Positions 9,250 through 19,514 of a stretch of 64,000 nt of DNA are shown here, one piece after another. This stretch comes from Candidatus Ornithomonoglobus sp. (GTDB lineage Bacteria > Bacillota > Clostridia > UBA1381): contig JBJEIW010000268.1 in assembly GCA_051877435.1 (NCBI GenBank), positions 77 to 64,076 on the forward strand, given 5' to 3'. The notes under the pieces are model-generated. The model saw only the letters and a program-made list of their open reading frames with translations, made no database searches and had not been told where the DNA came from. Both the position numbers and the translations under genes were made by a program. Position 1 is the stretch's first letter. Each line of letters begins with the position of its first letter.

Positions 9250-10470
9250 TTATTTGGTGACAACTCTGTGAAATACCTTTTTACCCTTTCTGATAATGAT
9301 ACCCTTATCCGTTAACATATCCTCTGTTACAACGCCGTTTACATCTGTGTACTTAACATCGTTAATCGAAAGTCCGTTCTGCTGGATGGTTCTTCTCGCC
9401 TCGCCCTTTGACTTAACGATACCTGTCTGAGCGATCATATCAAGAACGCCCATGCCTACGACATCGGCAATTACGGTTGTCGGCATATCGTCCGAAACAC
9501 CGCCGCCGGCAAATACCGCCTCCGCGGTAGCCTTTGCCTTTTCGGCCTCAGCCTCGCCGTGAACAAGCTTTGTAACCTCATACGCAAGAATCCTCTTTGC
9601 CTTATTGAGGTCTGCGCCCTCCCATTTTTCCATTTGGCGGATCTCGTCCATGGGAACAAAGGTGAGCATTTTAAGGCACTTGATAACGTCCGCGTCCTGC
9701 ACGTTTACCCAGTATTGATAGAACTCGTACGGAGTTGTCTTTTTCGGGTCAAGCCATACCGCGCCCGACTGGGTTTTGCCCATCTTCTTGCCCTCGCTGT
9801 TTGTGAGCAGCGTAAACGTCATACCGTAAACCTGACGGTTGTCCTTTCTTCTGTTCAGCTCAAGACCGCCGAGGATGTTGCTCCACTGATCATCGCCGCC
9901 AAGCTCCAGCTTGCAGTCGTACTTACGGCTGAGCATTAAGAAGTCATAGGACTGCATTAGCATATAGTTAAACTCTAAGAACGAAAGTCCCTTTTCAAGT
10001 CTCTGCTTGAAGCATTCCGCCGTGAGCATCTTGTTTACCGAGAAGCACGCGCCTATATCTCTTAAAAACTCAACATAGTTAAGATTTAAAAGCCAGTCCG
10101 CGTTATTTACCATAAGAGCCTTGCCGTCAGAGAAATCAACAACGCTTGAAAGCTGTCCCTTGAAGCACTCCGCATTGTGGTCTATAATCTCCTTTGTCAT
10201 CATCTGGCGCATATCGGTTCTTCCCGACGGATCGCCCACATGAGCGGTGCCGCCGCCTACAAGCGCAATCGGGCGGTGTCCGTGCAGCTGCATATGGCGC
10301 ATAACGACCATCTGTAAAAAGTGACCGACGTGCAGCGAATCCGCTGTCGGGTCAAAGCCTATATAAAAAGTAACCTTTTCTTTCCCCAATAATTCACGAA
10401 TTTCATCTTCATGCGTACACTGAGCGATAAGTCCGCGCTCCTTGAGTACGTCAAATACATTTTCCGACAT
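9250..10470 (-). CDS. tyrS: tyrosine--tRNA ligase
   Basis: Class I HIGH (HVGH) and KMSKS-like (KMGKT) motifs plus a C-terminal S4 domain. I trimmed the start to MSENVFD (ATG at 10470, RBS GGAGGA) because the longer ORF runs into the promoter. Confidence 0.95.
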   Translation of the reverse strand: MSENVFDVLKERGLIAQCTHEDEIRELLGKEKVTFYIGFDPTADSLHVGHFLQMVVMRHMQLHGHRPIALVGGGTAHVGDPSGRTDMRQMMTKEIIDHNAECFKGQLSSVVDFSDGKALMVNNADWLLNLNYVEFLRDIGACFSVNKMLTAECFKQRLEKGLSFLEFNYMLMQSYDFLMLSRKYDCKLELGGDDQWSNILGGLELNRRKDNRQVYGMTFTLLTNSEGKKMGKTQSGAVWLDPKKTTPYEFYQYWVNVQDADVIKCLKMLTFVPMDEIRQMEKWEGADLNKAKRILAYEVTKLVHGEAEAEKAKATAEAVFAGGGVSDDMPTTVIADVVGMGVLDMIAQTGIVKSKGEARRTIQQNGLSINDVKYTDVNGVVTEDMLTDKGIIIRKGKKVFHRVVTK

Positions 10471-10507
10471 TTGTCTTTCCTCCAAAATTTCAGTTATATT
10501 GTTTGTT

Positions 10508-10536
10508 ATTGTACCATTATTTTGGCATAATGTCAA
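10508..10536 (-). promoter_or_regulatory. sigma-A promoter for tyrS (TTGACA-17-TGgTACAAT)
   Basis: The reverse complement gives TTGACA (10536-10531), a 17-nt spacer and TACAAT (10513-10508). The leader is only about 35 nt. Confidence 0.65.
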
Positions 10537-10543
10537 GGTTTTA

Positions 10544-13500
10544 TCACATCATTTCCAACAGACTGACCTGATTTGACTCCGTAAGTCCGGCAAAGCATCC
10601 GTTTTCCTCCATGACATCTATCGTGCTCTTTGTTATTCCCGTGCGCAGTCTTAAATCCTCAACATTCTTAAATTCTCCCTTTTCCCGTTCCGCCGTTATC
10701 GCCTTCGCCGCCGCGTCCGCAACACCGGGCAGAGCGTTAAACGGCGGAAGGAGCTTGCCGTCCTCGGTTATCTGAAAATTTGTCGCGTGGGATTTATACA
10801 GATCAACCGGAACAAACTCATAGCCGCGGCAGTACATCTCTATAACAAGCTCCAGAATAGGTATTAGCGTGTCCTCCTTAGGCGCCGCCGTGCCCTCGCG
10901 CTTATGGCGGTTTATCTCCTCAAGCGCCTCTCTTGCCACAGCCTCGCCCTGCGCCATCGTGGACGTGTCAAAATCATCGGCTCTTACAGTGTAATACGCG
11001 GCGTAGTATGCAAGCGGGATATGCACCTTGAACCACGCGACGCGGAAGCCCATCATTACATACGCGACAGCGTGAGCCTTAGGGAACATATACTTTATCT
11101 TCTTACACGAGTCTATATACCACTCCGGAACATTATGCTCACGCATTGCCGCCTCGTCCTCCGGCTTCAGTCCCTTGCCCTTGCGTACGCTCTCCATAAT
11201 CTTAAAGGAATGTCCCGCCTCAACTCCCGCGGCGATAAGATAAATCATAATATCGTCACGGGCGCAGATGGCGTGGGACAGGTCGCACAGTCCCGCTCTT
11301 ATAAGCTCCTGCGCGTTGCCGAGCCATACATCGGTTCCGTGTGAAAGTCCGGCAATTCTCACAAGCTCTGAGAAGGTCGTCGGCTTTGTGTCAAGAAGCA
11401 TCTGACGCGTAAACTTCGTGCCGAACTCCGGCACGCCGTAGGTGCCAAGGGTGGAGCCGGTGTCCTTGCCGTCAAGAATTTTAAGCGCCTTGTTGGAGGT
11501 GAACAGACTGAGCGTTTCGGGATCGTCCAGAGGAATTGATTTCGCGTCAACTCCCGTTAAGTCCTCCAGCATTCTTATTACCGTCGGGTCATCGTGACCA
11601 AGCTCGTCAAGCTTTAAGAGGTTTGAGTCGATCGAGTGGTAATCAAAATGCGTTGTGAATATATTTGAATTGACATCGTCCGCCGGATGCTGAACCGGAC
11701 AGAACTCATGTATATTATTCGTATACGGCACAACAATGATACCACCGGGGTGCTGTCCCGAGGTGCGCTTAACGCCCTCGCAGCCCTTTGCAAGACGCTT
11801 CATCTCAGCGTTTGTCATTGTGACGCCCTTTTCCTCGCAGTATTTCTTAACGTAGCCGAACGCGGTTTTTTCCGCGACCGTGCCTATGGTTCCCGCGCGG
11901 AACACAAAGCCCTCGCCGAAAAAGGTTTCGGTGTACTTGTGGATCACCGGCTGATATTCTCCCGAAAAATTAAGGTCAATATCCGGCTCCTTGTCGCCGT
12001 TGAAGCCTAGGAAGGTTTCAAACGGTATGTCGTGTCCGTCCTTTTTAAGCGGAGTTCCGCAGTTCGGACAATTTTTATCCGGCATATCGCAGCCCGACCG
12101 TCCGATCTCACTCGGCACAAACTCTATATACTTGCATTTTGGGCAAAGGTAGTGCTCCCGAAGCGAATTAACCTCCGTAATATCCGACAGGAACGCCACA
12201 AACGACGAGCCTACCGAGCCTCGCGAGCCTACAAGATAGCCGTCTTGATTCGACTTTCTCACAAGCTCCTGCGCGATACGGTACATAACCGAAAAGCCGT
12301 TGCCTATAATCGAATCAAGCTCCTTGTCAAGCCGCTCCTTGACCTCCTTCGGGAGCGGATCGCCGTAAATCTCAATCGCGCGGTTTATCGAATCGTTTCT
12401 TATTCCGTCAACTGCCCCCTCAACCACCGGCGGGCATTTCTTCTTCGGTATAGGTCTAACGTCCTCTATCATATCGGCTATTTTATTCGTATTTGCAACA
12501 ACCACCTCATAAGCCTTCTCCTTGCCGAGATAATCGAACTCCCGAAGCATTTCGTTCGTGGTTCTGAAATACAGCGGCGCCTGATTGTCGGCGTCCTTAA
12601 AGCCCTTGTAATGCATCAGTATCTTTCTGTAGTCCGCGCCCTCGGGATCCATAAAGTGAACGTCGCAGGTTGCGCAGACAGGCTTGGCTATCCTGTCGCC
12701 AAGCTCCACAATCCGCCTGTTCAGCTCCCTCAGATCATCGTCATTATGGACGTTCGGATGCTTTGAGCTTTCCTTCATATACGCGTTGTTGCCTATCGGC
12801 TGAATTTCAAGATAATCATAAAAGGACGCTATATCCTCTAAGGTTTCCTCACTCTCTCCCTCCACAAGCGCCGAGAACAGCTCTCCCGCCTCGCACGCGG
12901 AACCTATAATTATATCCTCCCTTTTCTGCATGAGCAGCGTTTTGGGAATACGCGGCGTTCTGTAAAAGTATTTCAGATGAGATTCGGAAACCATCTCGTA
13001 TATATGCCGCACACCCTCATAGGTTTTTGCCAGAAGAATTATATGGAACGCTCTCGTTTTCATGGACGCCTTTCTTATGTCAAATATTTCATTGTATTCC
13101 TTTAGTTCTGTTTTGCCGCCCTCACGCAGCCGCGAAAGCATTTTCATAAATGCCTTTGCTGTCGCCTCCGCATCGTCAACGGCGCGGTGATGATGCGCGT
13201 TTATAACGTCAAGATGCTTGCAGAGCGTGTCAAGCTTGTGGTTTGCAAGCTTTGGAAACATACACCGCGCAAGCACCATGGTGTCAATATACGGCAGGTC
13301 AAAGCTCCTGCCGCACTCGCGCGCCTTCTGCTTCATAAAGCCCATATCAAAATTCGCGTTGTGCGCCACCATAACGCACCCCTCGCAGAACCTTATAAAA
13401 TCGTCTATCTGCTCCTCAAACGGCGGCGAGTCCTTAACCATGCCGTCCGTTATCGAGGTAAGAGAGGTAATTTCCTCCGGTATCTTAACTCCCGGATTTA

Positions 13501-14587
13501 CAAAGGTTGACCAGCGGTCTGTTATCTCGCCGTTCTCAACCTTGACGGCTCCTATCTCTATAATTTTACATTCCGTTTTGCTGAAGCCTGTTGTTTCTAT
13601 ATCGAACACGACAAACGGCGAATCTATGGTTTCCTCCGTTATGTCATAGGTGATCATCCTTGTATCGTCAATGAGGTATCCCTCCACACCGTAGAGCACC
13701 TTGATTTTCTCATTATTGTTTGACGCGTGTATACCGTCGGGATACGCCTGAACCACTCCGTGATCGGTTATCGCTATTGCCTTGTGTCCCCAGTAAACCG
13801 CACGGTCTATAAGGTCTGCGGCGGAGTTCACCGCATCCATCTGGGACATCTGCGTATGCAGATGAAGCTCGACACGCTTTTTTTCCGCCGTATCCATTCT
13901 CACAGGCGGCGCGGGGAGCGCGGCAATATCATTTGCCATTATAACGACCTCCTTGGCGTAGTCGTCATATTTCGCCGTACCGCGGATTGCCGCATACATT
14001 CCTCCCTTTTTAAGCGCCTTTTTTATGGGACCGAACAGATCCTTGAATTTGCTGTCGTCCTCGCCCTTATCCACAAACAGCTTAACGGTAATTGACGAGG
14101 TGTTGTCGGTCACATCAAGCATAACGATGTGCATTTCCCTGCCGGTCTTTTTTGACTTGATTTCCCTTTCGTCCGCGTCAAAAATTCTGCCCGTTATGAC
14201 AACTCTGCCGGAGCCTTCGTTGATTGAGCGTATCGCCGCAACCTCAGCGTCCCTTATCGGTCTGCCTATGAGCATTTCCTCAGCGCTTGCCCTGCCGATT
14301 ATTTCCGGTCCGCCGCCTGTCAGCAATTCACCTTCCTTCGGACGGGTAAAGTACATGACATTCCTTTTTTCCTTCGCAAGCTTAGGATTGGTTTTAAGCT
14401 TGACCGGAATTGCGCCGAGAGTCTTTTTGATCTGAGCCTGCGCCAGCTTTTCAATAGTCATGCTCAGCTCGTTTGCAAACTCTACCTCAACATTTCTGTT
14501 CTGCCTTGAAACAATAAGGTTCGTTATATTGAGCCTGTCAACAGTGGCGTTGCCGCTTTTTCCGAAAACCGTACTGAATTCAATCAT
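10544..14587 (-). CDS. polC: DNA polymerase III PolC-type (alpha subunit with 3'-5' exonuclease)
   Basis: 1347 aa. Contains a PHP domain, an embedded DEDDh exonuclease ([10 protein letters not shown] ... HNANFDMGF ... HHRAVDDA), a zinc finger (CPKC...CPNC) and the polymerase core. Confidence 0.97.
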   Translation of the reverse strand: MIEFSTVFGKSGNATVDRLNITNLIVSRQNRNVEVEFANELSMTIEKLAQAQIKKTLGAIPVKLKTNPKLAKEKRNVMYFTRPKEGELLTGGGPEIIGRASAEEMLIGRPIRDAEVAAIRSINEGSGRVVITGRIFDADEREIKSKKTGREMHIVMLDVTDNTSSITVKLFVDKGEDDSKFKDLFGPIKKALKKGGMYAAIRGTAKYDDYAKEVVIMANDIAALPAPPVRMDTAEKKRVELHLHTQMSQMDAVNSAADLIDRAVYWGHKAIAITDHGVVQAYPDGIHASNNNEKIKVLYGVEGYLIDDTRMITYDITEETIDSPFVVFDIETTGFSKTECKIIEIGAVKVENGEITDRWSTFVNPGVKIPEEITSLTSITDGMVKDSPPFEEQIDDFIRFCEGCVMVAHNANFDMGFMKQKARECGRSFDLPYIDTMVLARCMFPKLANHKLDTLCKHLDVINAHHHRAVDDAEATAKAFMKMLSRLREGGKTELKEYNEIFDIRKASMKTRAFHIILLAKTYEGVRHIYEMVSESHLKYFYRTPRIPKTLLMQKREDIIIGSACEAGELFSALVEGESEETLEDIASFYDYLEIQPIGNNAYMKESSKHPNVHNDDDLRELNRRIVELGDRIAKPVCATCDVHFMDPEGADYRKILMHYKGFKDADNQAPLYFRTTNEMLREFDYLGKEKAYEVVVANTNKIADMIEDVRPIPKKKCPPVVEGAVDGIRNDSINRAIEIYGDPLPKEVKERLDKELDSIIGNGFSVMYRIAQELVRKSNQDGYLVGSRGSVGSSFVAFLSDITEVNSLREHYLCPKCKYIEFVPSEIGRSGCDMPDKNCPNCGTPLKKDGHDIPFETFLGFNGDKEPDIDLNFSGEYQPVIHKYTETFFGEGFVFRAGTIGTVAEKTAFGYVKKYCEEKGVTMTNAEMKRLAKGCEGVKRTSGQHPGGIIVVPYTNNIHEFCPVQHPADDVNSNIFTTHFDYHSIDSNLLKLDELGHDDPTVIRMLEDLTGVDAKSIPLDDPETLSLFTSNKALKILDGKDTGSTLGTYGVPEFGTKFTRQMLLDTKPTTFSELVRIAGLSHGTDVWLGNAQELIRAGLCDLSHAICARDDIMIYLIAAGVEAGHSFKIMESVRKGKGLKPEDEAAMREHNVPEWYIDSCKKIKYMFPKAHAVAYVMMGFRVAWFKVHIPLAYYAAYYTVRADDFDTSTMAQGEAVAREALEEINRHKREGTAAPKEDTLIPILELVIEMYCRGYEFVPVDLYKSHATNFQITEDGKLLPPFNALPGVADAAAKAITAEREKGEFKNVEDLRLRTGITKSTIDVMEENGCFAGLTESNQVSLLEMM

Positions 14588-15395
14588 CTTCAGCAGTCCT
14601 TTCTATAATACTGTTCAGCAGTATATACATCTTTTCTTTATTCTTATCCATTGTCTGAGCAACCTCCTCTTCCGAAAGAGGCTTGTCCGAAATTCCCGCC
14701 GCCGCGTTTGTAACACACGAAAGACCCAGAACCTCCATTCCGCAGTGTCTTGCGGCTATGCACTCAAATACCGTGCTCATGCCCACAAGGTCACCGCCCA
14801 GAGCCGCGATTGCCCGTATCTCCGCCGGTGTTTCATACTGCGGACCGCTCATATAAAAATAAACCCCGTCCTTTAACTCAATCCCGTTCTCCGCCGCGCA
14901 CTCATGGGCAATATTGCGCAGCCGCGCCGAATATGCCTCAGTCATATCGGGAAACCTTGTTCCCCACCGTTCGTCATTTGCGCCGCGCAGAGGATTGTCC
15001 GTTGAAAGCTTTATATGGTCGGAAAGCGCCGCAATGTCTCCCACGCGATAGGACGGATTTACGCCGCCCGCGGCATTGGTTAAAATAATTCTCCTGACGC
15101 CGAGCAGCTTCATAACACGGATATAAAAGGTGATTTCATCAAAGGAATATCCCTCATAATAATGAAAGCGTCCGCGCATGATATATGCCTTCGCCGTAAC
15201 AAGAAGAACTCCCTTATGCGACGGAGCGGTTGCCTTCGGGAAATGCGGTATTTCGCTGTACGGTATTTCCATACCCTCATCAAACAGTCCGCTCATGCCC
15301 GAGCCGAGCACAACAAGCGTTTTCGGTCTGCATTCCGTTCTTTTTCGTACAGTTTCCGCGGCTTCCTCGTAATCACTGTATAAAAACACGCGCAT
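14580..15395 (-). CDS. punA: purine nucleoside phosphorylase (PNP/PunA, trimeric family)
   Basis: 271 aa. Motifs LVVLGSGMSG, GRFHYYEGY and GMSTV. The 3' end overlaps the polC start by 8 nt. Confidence 0.85.
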   Translation of the reverse strand: MRVFLYSDYEEAAETVRKRTECRPKTLVVLGSGMSGLFDEGMEIPYSEIPHFPKATAPSHKGVLLVTAKAYIMRGRFHYYEGYSFDEITFYIRVMKLLGVRRIILTNAAGGVNPSYRVGDIAALSDHIKLSTDNPLRGANDERWGTRFPDMTEAYSARLRNIAHECAAENGIELKDGVYFYMSGPQYETPAEIRAIAALGGDLVGMSTVFECIAARHCGMEVLGLSCVTNAAAGISDKPLSEEEVAQTMDKNKEKMYILLNSIIERTAEDD

Positions 15396-15426
15396 TTCCT
15401 CCTTTGCCGATTTTTATCTATTGTAT

Positions 15427-15455
15427 AGTATACTACAATTCACTCTGATAGTCAA
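15427..15455 (-). promoter_or_regulatory. sigma-A promoter for punA-polC (TTGACT-17-TATACT)
   Basis: The reverse complement gives TTGACT (15455-15450), a 17-nt spacer and TATACT (15432-15427). Confidence 0.6.
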
Positions 15456-15468
15456 TCGGTTTTTGCGC

Positions 15469-15496
15469 AAAAAAATCAGGGGCGCAAACCCCTGAT
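15469..15496 (-). terminator. intrinsic terminator after the AGCS-1 gene
   Basis: Hairpin ATCAGGGG-N6-CCCCTGAT (15475-15496) followed by a U-run on the minus-strand RNA. Confidence 0.8.
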
Positions 15497-15513
15497 CATA
15501 TGCAGCCTTGTAT

Positions 15514-16935
15514 TTATTTATTAAGCTTCTTAGCAGCCTTTTCCTTCTTGATGACCTTCTGGAAGTCCTTCATATCTCTTGCTATCTCACCGCTGAGGAT
15601 AAGCATACAGATAAGGTTTGGAATCGCCATAAGAGCGTTGGCAATATCCGAGAAGTTCCATGCGATTTCAAGAGTTGTTGTAGCGCCTAAATATACGATA
15701 AGCGAGAATACGATTCTGTAAATCATATTGAACTTCGGTGTCTTGAACAGATACTCAAATGCCTTCTCGCCGTGATATTCCCAGCCGAGAATTGTTGAGA
15801 ATGCGAAAAGCACGATACCGATACTTACGATAACTCCGCCGAAGGTGCCGAGAATTGAATTCTGGAATGCCGCAATCGTCAGCGAAGCGCCCTTGATAAG
15901 CTCGCCTGTTGCCGGGTCTGTTGTTCCGAGAACGCCCGATGATGCTATACAAAGACCTGTGATTGTACATACAACGATTGTATCCCAGAAGGTACCTGTC
16001 ATGTTTATGTAGCCCTGACGTACATGGCTGTCTGTTGTAGCGGCTGCCGCTGTAATAGCCGCGCTTCCCATGCCCGCCTCATTTGAGAATACACCGCGGG
16101 CAACACCGAAGCGCATAGCGCTCATCATTGATGCGACAATTGTACCCGCAACACCGCCGCCGACAGCCTTGAAGCTGAATGCCATTCTGACGATTTCCGC
16201 AACACCTGCCGGAAGGTTCTTGATATTGCAGATGATTACTATAAAACCGCCCAGAACGTAGAAAACAGCCATAACCGGAACTACAACCGATGAAACCTTT
16301 GATATCCACTTGATACCGCCGATGATGATAATCAGCGCAAAGACGGTGAGTATTACGCCTGTAATCCATGTCGGGATTGAGAAGGTTGAGTGAAGAGCGT
16401 CTGAAATTGAGTTTGCCTGTGTAAGGTTACCGATACCGAAGGATGCGATAACCGCAAACAGCGCGAACAGGAAGCCGAGAACCGCGCCGAACTTCTTCCA
16501 CGGAAGAGCCTTCTTCATTGTATACATCGGGCCTCCGGACATTTCTCCCTTCTCGTTGACCTCTCTGTACTTTATAGCGAGCATACACTCACTGAACTTT
16601 GAGGTAAGACCGAAGCATGCCGAGATCCACATCCATACAAGCGCGCCGGGGCCGCCCGAAACCATCGCCGTAGCGACACCTACGATGTTGCCTGTGCCGA
16701 TAGTAGCGGCAAGCGCCGTTGTAAGAGCCGAGAACGGTGAAACGTCACCCTTGCCTCTTGACTTTGTGCGCGCCTCCTTGCTCAAGGTGCTTTTAAGAGC
16801 ATAGCCTAAATTTCTCCACGGAAGAAATCCTGTTCTGATTGTAAGAAAAATGCCTGTACCCACCAGAAGAATCAGCATGACCGGACCCCATACGAAATCA
16901 TCGACCGCTGATAAAACCGTTTTAAACGTTTCCAT
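15514..16935 (-). CDS. sodium:alanine/glycine symporter (AGCS family), copy 1
   Basis: About 473 aa after trimming to METFKTV (ATG at 16935, RBS AAGGAG). Typical AGCS motifs: SPFSALTTALAATIGTGNIVGVATA and FSNEAGMGSA. Confidence 0.9.
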   Translation of the reverse strand: METFKTVLSAVDDFVWGPVMLILLVGTGIFLTIRTGFLPWRNLGYALKSTLSKEARTKSRGKGDVSPFSALTTALAATIGTGNIVGVATAMVSGGPGALVWMWISACFGLTSKFSECMLAIKYREVNEKGEMSGGPMYTMKKALPWKKFGAVLGFLFALFAVIASFGIGNLTQANSISDALHSTFSIPTWITGVILTVFALIIIIGGIKWISKVSSVVVPVMAVFYVLGGFIVIICNIKNLPAGVAEIVRMAFSFKAVGGGVAGTIVASMMSAMRFGVARGVFSNEAGMGSAAITAAAATTDSHVRQGYINMTGTFWDTIVVCTITGLCIASSGVLGTTDPATGELIKGASLTIAAFQNSILGTFGGVIVSIGIVLFAFSTILGWEYHGEKAFEYLFKTPKFNMIYRIVFSLIVYLGATTTLEIAWNFSDIANALMAIPNLICMLILSGEIARDMKDFQKVIKKEKAAKKLNK

Positions 16936-16971
16936 AAAAATAACTCCTTTGATAATCTTTATTAACAAAAC

Positions 16972-17012
16972 AAAAAAGAGCCGAACCTGCATAAAGCTTA
17001 TGCAAACTGCTC
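16972..17012 (-). terminator. terminator-type expression platform of glycine riboswitch 1
   Basis: Hairpin GAGC...TGCATAAAGCTTATGCA...GCTC followed by UUUUUUGUUUUG on the minus-strand RNA. It lies between the aptamer and the RBS. Confidence 0.6.
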
Positions 17013-17067
17013 CAATAATTAACCAAGGCGGGCAGATAAAAACAAACGAACTATGCCGTTATAGCAA

Positions 17068-17178
17068 TCATCTCCGTCCTTTTGCCTGAGAGATCAACTG
17101 TGCAGATACAAAATGCCACAGTCTTACACCTTCGGCACCTTCATTAAACCCTTATGAAGGCTTCTCCGGAGCACCATA
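17068..17178 (-). promoter_or_regulatory. glycine riboswitch aptamer (single aptamer) upstream of AGCS copy 1
   Basis: The minus strand reads CUCCGGAGAAG-[hairpin]-UGCCGAAGGUGUAA-[hairpin]-CUCUCAGGCAAAAGGACGGAG. This matches the canonical CUCUGGAGAG / GCCGAAGGAGCAA / CUCUCAGGCAAAAGGAC core. Confidence 0.88.
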
Positions 17179-17293
17179 TCGCTACGAAACCGATACAGCT
17201 TTACGTCACTGACAACTGCATCGCGGCAATCCACATCCTTGCTTCTCACCATATTCCGTATGACTCAATATTATCTTGTCGAATTACCATGTA

Positions 17294-17322
17294 ATTGTAT
17301 CATATTCTGTCATATATTTCAA
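17294..17322 (-). promoter_or_regulatory. sigma-A promoter for the riboswitch-1/AGCS-1 transcript (TTGAAA-17-TACAAT)
   Basis: Reverse complement: TTGAAA (17322-17317), 17-nt spacer, TACAAT (17299-17294). Confidence 0.6.
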
Positions 17323-17383
17323 GCCTTTTTTTGAAAATTTTTAAACTTTTTCTGAATTTTTTATTAAATTTTATATTTAAAAA

Positions 17384-17409
17384 GTGACAGCGCCGTTATG
17401 CACTGCCAC
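17384..17409 (-). terminator. intrinsic terminator after AGCS copy 2
   Basis: Hairpin GTGGCAG-N12-CTGTCAC followed by a U-rich tract on the minus-strand RNA, directly after the stop at 17427. Confidence 0.6.
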
Positions 17410-17426
17410 TTCTGAAATTCCTTTGA

Positions 17427-18827
17427 TTATTTTCTGAAATATTCTATTGTTTCCCTTGCCACAACACCGCTCAGCGCAATGAGCGCGATTATGTTCGGCA
17501 GAGCCATAAGACCGTTAAATATATCGGCAATCGTCCATACAGCGGCAACTGTCATGTACGGACCGATGAACACAGCTGCGATATAAAGCCATCTGTATAC
17601 CTTAACGGCAGTCCTGTTTCTGTTTGAAAGATATTCAAGGCATCTTTCGCCGTAATAGTCCCATCCGAGGATTGTCGTGAAGGCAAAGAATACAAGACAG
17701 GCGGTCAGTATAAATGACGATACAACCGTTGGGAACGGCAAGCCGGAAGCAAACGCGTCCATTGTTATCTGCACACCCTCAAGACCCTTTTCCGGCACCC
17801 ATGAGCCGGCAATAACTATTGAAAGTCCCGTCATCGTACAAACAATAATGGTATCTATAAAGGTTCCCGTCATTGACACAAGACCCTGACGGACGGTATC
17901 GTTTGTCTTTGCGGCAGCTGCGGCAATAGGCGCCGAACCGAGACCCGCCTCATTTGAGAAAATACCTCTCGCTATACCCTTCTGCATAGCAATAAGCATA
18001 GCGCCCAGCGCGCCGCCCGCAGCAGCGCGGAGTCCGAATGCGCTCTGCACTATTTCTGCAACTGCGCCCGGTATCTTATTTATATTACAGCCCAGAAGTA
18101 TAACCGCTGCCAGAACATAAAATACAGCCATAAACGGCACAACAACCTGTGAAACTCCGGCAATTCTTTTAAGACCGCCGATTATAACAAGCGCAGTGCA
18201 TATGGAAATTACAAGTCCGGCTATAACAACAGTCCATGAAATGTCACGTCCGAAGATATTAAGACACCATGCCGATTCCGGATCAAAGAAATTATTTACC
18301 GCCGAGGTTATACCATTCACCTGAGAGAACGTGCCTATACCAAACAGACCTACACAGCATCCGAAAAACGCAAATATTTTTGCAAGCCATTTCCATTTAT
18401 GACCCATTCCGTTTTCTATGTAATAGAACGGACCTCCGAGAACATGGTTATCCTTGTCTATCGTTCTGTACTTTATGGCAAGAAAGCCCTCCGCATATTT
18501 TGTAGCCATGCCGAAGAATGCCGCGACGATCATCCAGAACAACGCTCCCGGACCACCCGCCGCTATGGCTGTTGCCACTCCGACAATGTTTCCGGTTCCG
18601 ATCGTGGCGGACAAAGCCGTACACAGCGCGCCGAAGCTCGACACCTCGCCTTCGCCGCCCTCCTCATTCTTTACCATAAACTTCAGCGCCTTGCCGAGGT
18701 TTCTTATATTCAGCCCTCTCAGACGCAGCGTAAGAAATATTCCTGTTGCAAGTATCAGCACGATAAGAGGTATTCCCCACACAAAACTGTCGATTCTGTC
18801 AAGAACCGCTCCGACTGTTTCAAACAT
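17427..18827 (-). CDS. sodium:alanine/glycine symporter (AGCS family), copy 2
   Basis: 466 aa, a paralog of copy 1. Motifs SSFGALCTALSATIGTGNIVGVATA and FSNEAGLGSA. Confidence 0.9.
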   Translation of the reverse strand: MFETVGAVLDRIDSFVWGIPLIVLILATGIFLTLRLRGLNIRNLGKALKFMVKNEEGGEGEVSSFGALCTALSATIGTGNIVGVATAIAAGGPGALFWMIVAAFFGMATKYAEGFLAIKYRTIDKDNHVLGGPFYYIENGMGHKWKWLAKIFAFFGCCVGLFGIGTFSQVNGITSAVNNFFDPESAWCLNIFGRDISWTVVIAGLVISICTALVIIGGLKRIAGVSQVVVPFMAVFYVLAAVILLGCNINKIPGAVAEIVQSAFGLRAAAGGALGAMLIAMQKGIARGIFSNEAGLGSAPIAAAAAKTNDTVRQGLVSMTGTFIDTIIVCTMTGLSIVIAGSWVPEKGLEGVQITMDAFASGLPFPTVVSSFILTACLVFFAFTTILGWDYYGERCLEYLSNRNRTAVKVYRWLYIAAVFIGPYMTVAAVWTIADIFNGLMALPNIIALIALSGVVARETIEYFRK

Positions 18828-18950
18828 AAAACAAAACTTCCTTTCTTTTGTTTGCAGCTCCGCCGGAGGTTCTTGATAAATTTGTTACAAAACACAAAAA
18901 AGCCGAATAAAATCGACTTTCCCCTTCATAAACAAATCCTTATTAATCAG

Positions 18951-18980
18951 CAAAAACAAGATATTCGCCATCTTGTTTTC
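18951..18980 (-). terminator. terminator-type expression platform of glycine riboswitch 2
   Basis: AAACAAGAU-N7-AUCUUGUUU followed by UUGC on the minus-strand RNA, 4 nt after the aptamer P1. Confidence 0.7.
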
Positions 18981-18982
18981 AA

Positions 18983-19067
18983 CATCCGTCCTTTTGCCTG
19001 AGAGATTGGAATACACTGTTTCCGTACACCTTCGGCGTCCGACTTTATCGAAGCTCTCCGGAGAAAT
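18983..19067 (-). promoter_or_regulatory. glycine riboswitch aptamer (single aptamer) upstream of AGCS copy 2
   Basis: The minus strand reads CUCCGGAGAG-[hairpin]-CGCCGAAGGUGUA-[hairpin]-CUCUCAGGCAAAAGGACGGAUG. Confidence 0.88.
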
Positions 19068-19095
19068 TATTTGATTTTTATTAACAACGGCTAAC

Positions 19096-19124
19096 ATTGT
19101 AACATACTGTTCACACTTTTTCAA
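19096..19124 (-). promoter_or_regulatory. sigma-A promoter for the riboswitch-2/AGCS-2 transcript (TTGAAA-17-TACAAT)
   Basis: Reverse complement: TTGAAA (19124-19119), 17-nt spacer, TACAAT (19101-19096). Confidence 0.6.
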
Positions 19125-19202
19125 TACATAATTCAAAAGATTGTGAATATCATACAACCGCCGGATTATCAGAGTTCTTTTCTTACCTCTTTTGCACAAA
19201 AA

Positions 19203-19475
19203 TCAGTTCATCAAATCCTCAAACAAAGCTTCAACACTTGAATAACGGGGAGCTGTCGGATCATTTACCATTTTATCTCCTTCTTTAAATGCTGCCAAGG
19301 TCTCAGCATTAGGTATATCTAAGCTCACATCAAACGGCATTCCGTTATGAAGAAGTGATTGTCTGAAAAAGACATTGACTGCTGTTGTTAAATCCATACC
19401 CAAAGCAGCGTAAAGGCTTTTAACCTTATCTTTTATATCCTTATCTGTTCTGATAGTAATACTTGTATTCTGCAT
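19203..19475 (-). CDS. RelB/DinJ family type II antitoxin-like protein (no cognate toxin adjacent)
   Basis: About 90 aa from MQNTSITIRTDKDIK. Ribbon-helix-helix N-terminus typical of DinJ (I.IR.D...K......LG.....A...F). Confidence 0.75.
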   Translation of the reverse strand: MQNTSITIRTDKDIKDKVKSLYAALGMDLTTAVNVFFRQSLLHNGMPFDVSLDIPNAETLAAFKEGDKMVNDPTAPRYSSVEALFEDLMN

Positions 19476-19514
19476 ACTCAGTTCTCCCTTCAAAAAAATA
19501 TAATTTACATTTAT

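Noticed and set aside
12032-12766. 244-aa plus-strand ORF, along with many similar ORFs antisense to polC, alaS, pheT, rlmB (50682..51446), murE, the AGCS genes and others
   Set aside because: These are shadow ORFs on the strand opposite strongly conserved genes. Their compositions are Arg/Leu/Ser-rich and low-complexity, they have no RBS, and they show no recognisable motifs.
18885-19199. 104-aa minus-strand ORF immediately downstream of the DinJ-like antitoxin, in the position where a toxin gene would be expected
   Set aside because: It overlaps the AGCS-2 promoter, the whole glycine riboswitch aptamer and its terminator. It has no RBS and shows no RelE/YafQ/ParE-like motifs. Most likely a chance ORF in a regulatory region.
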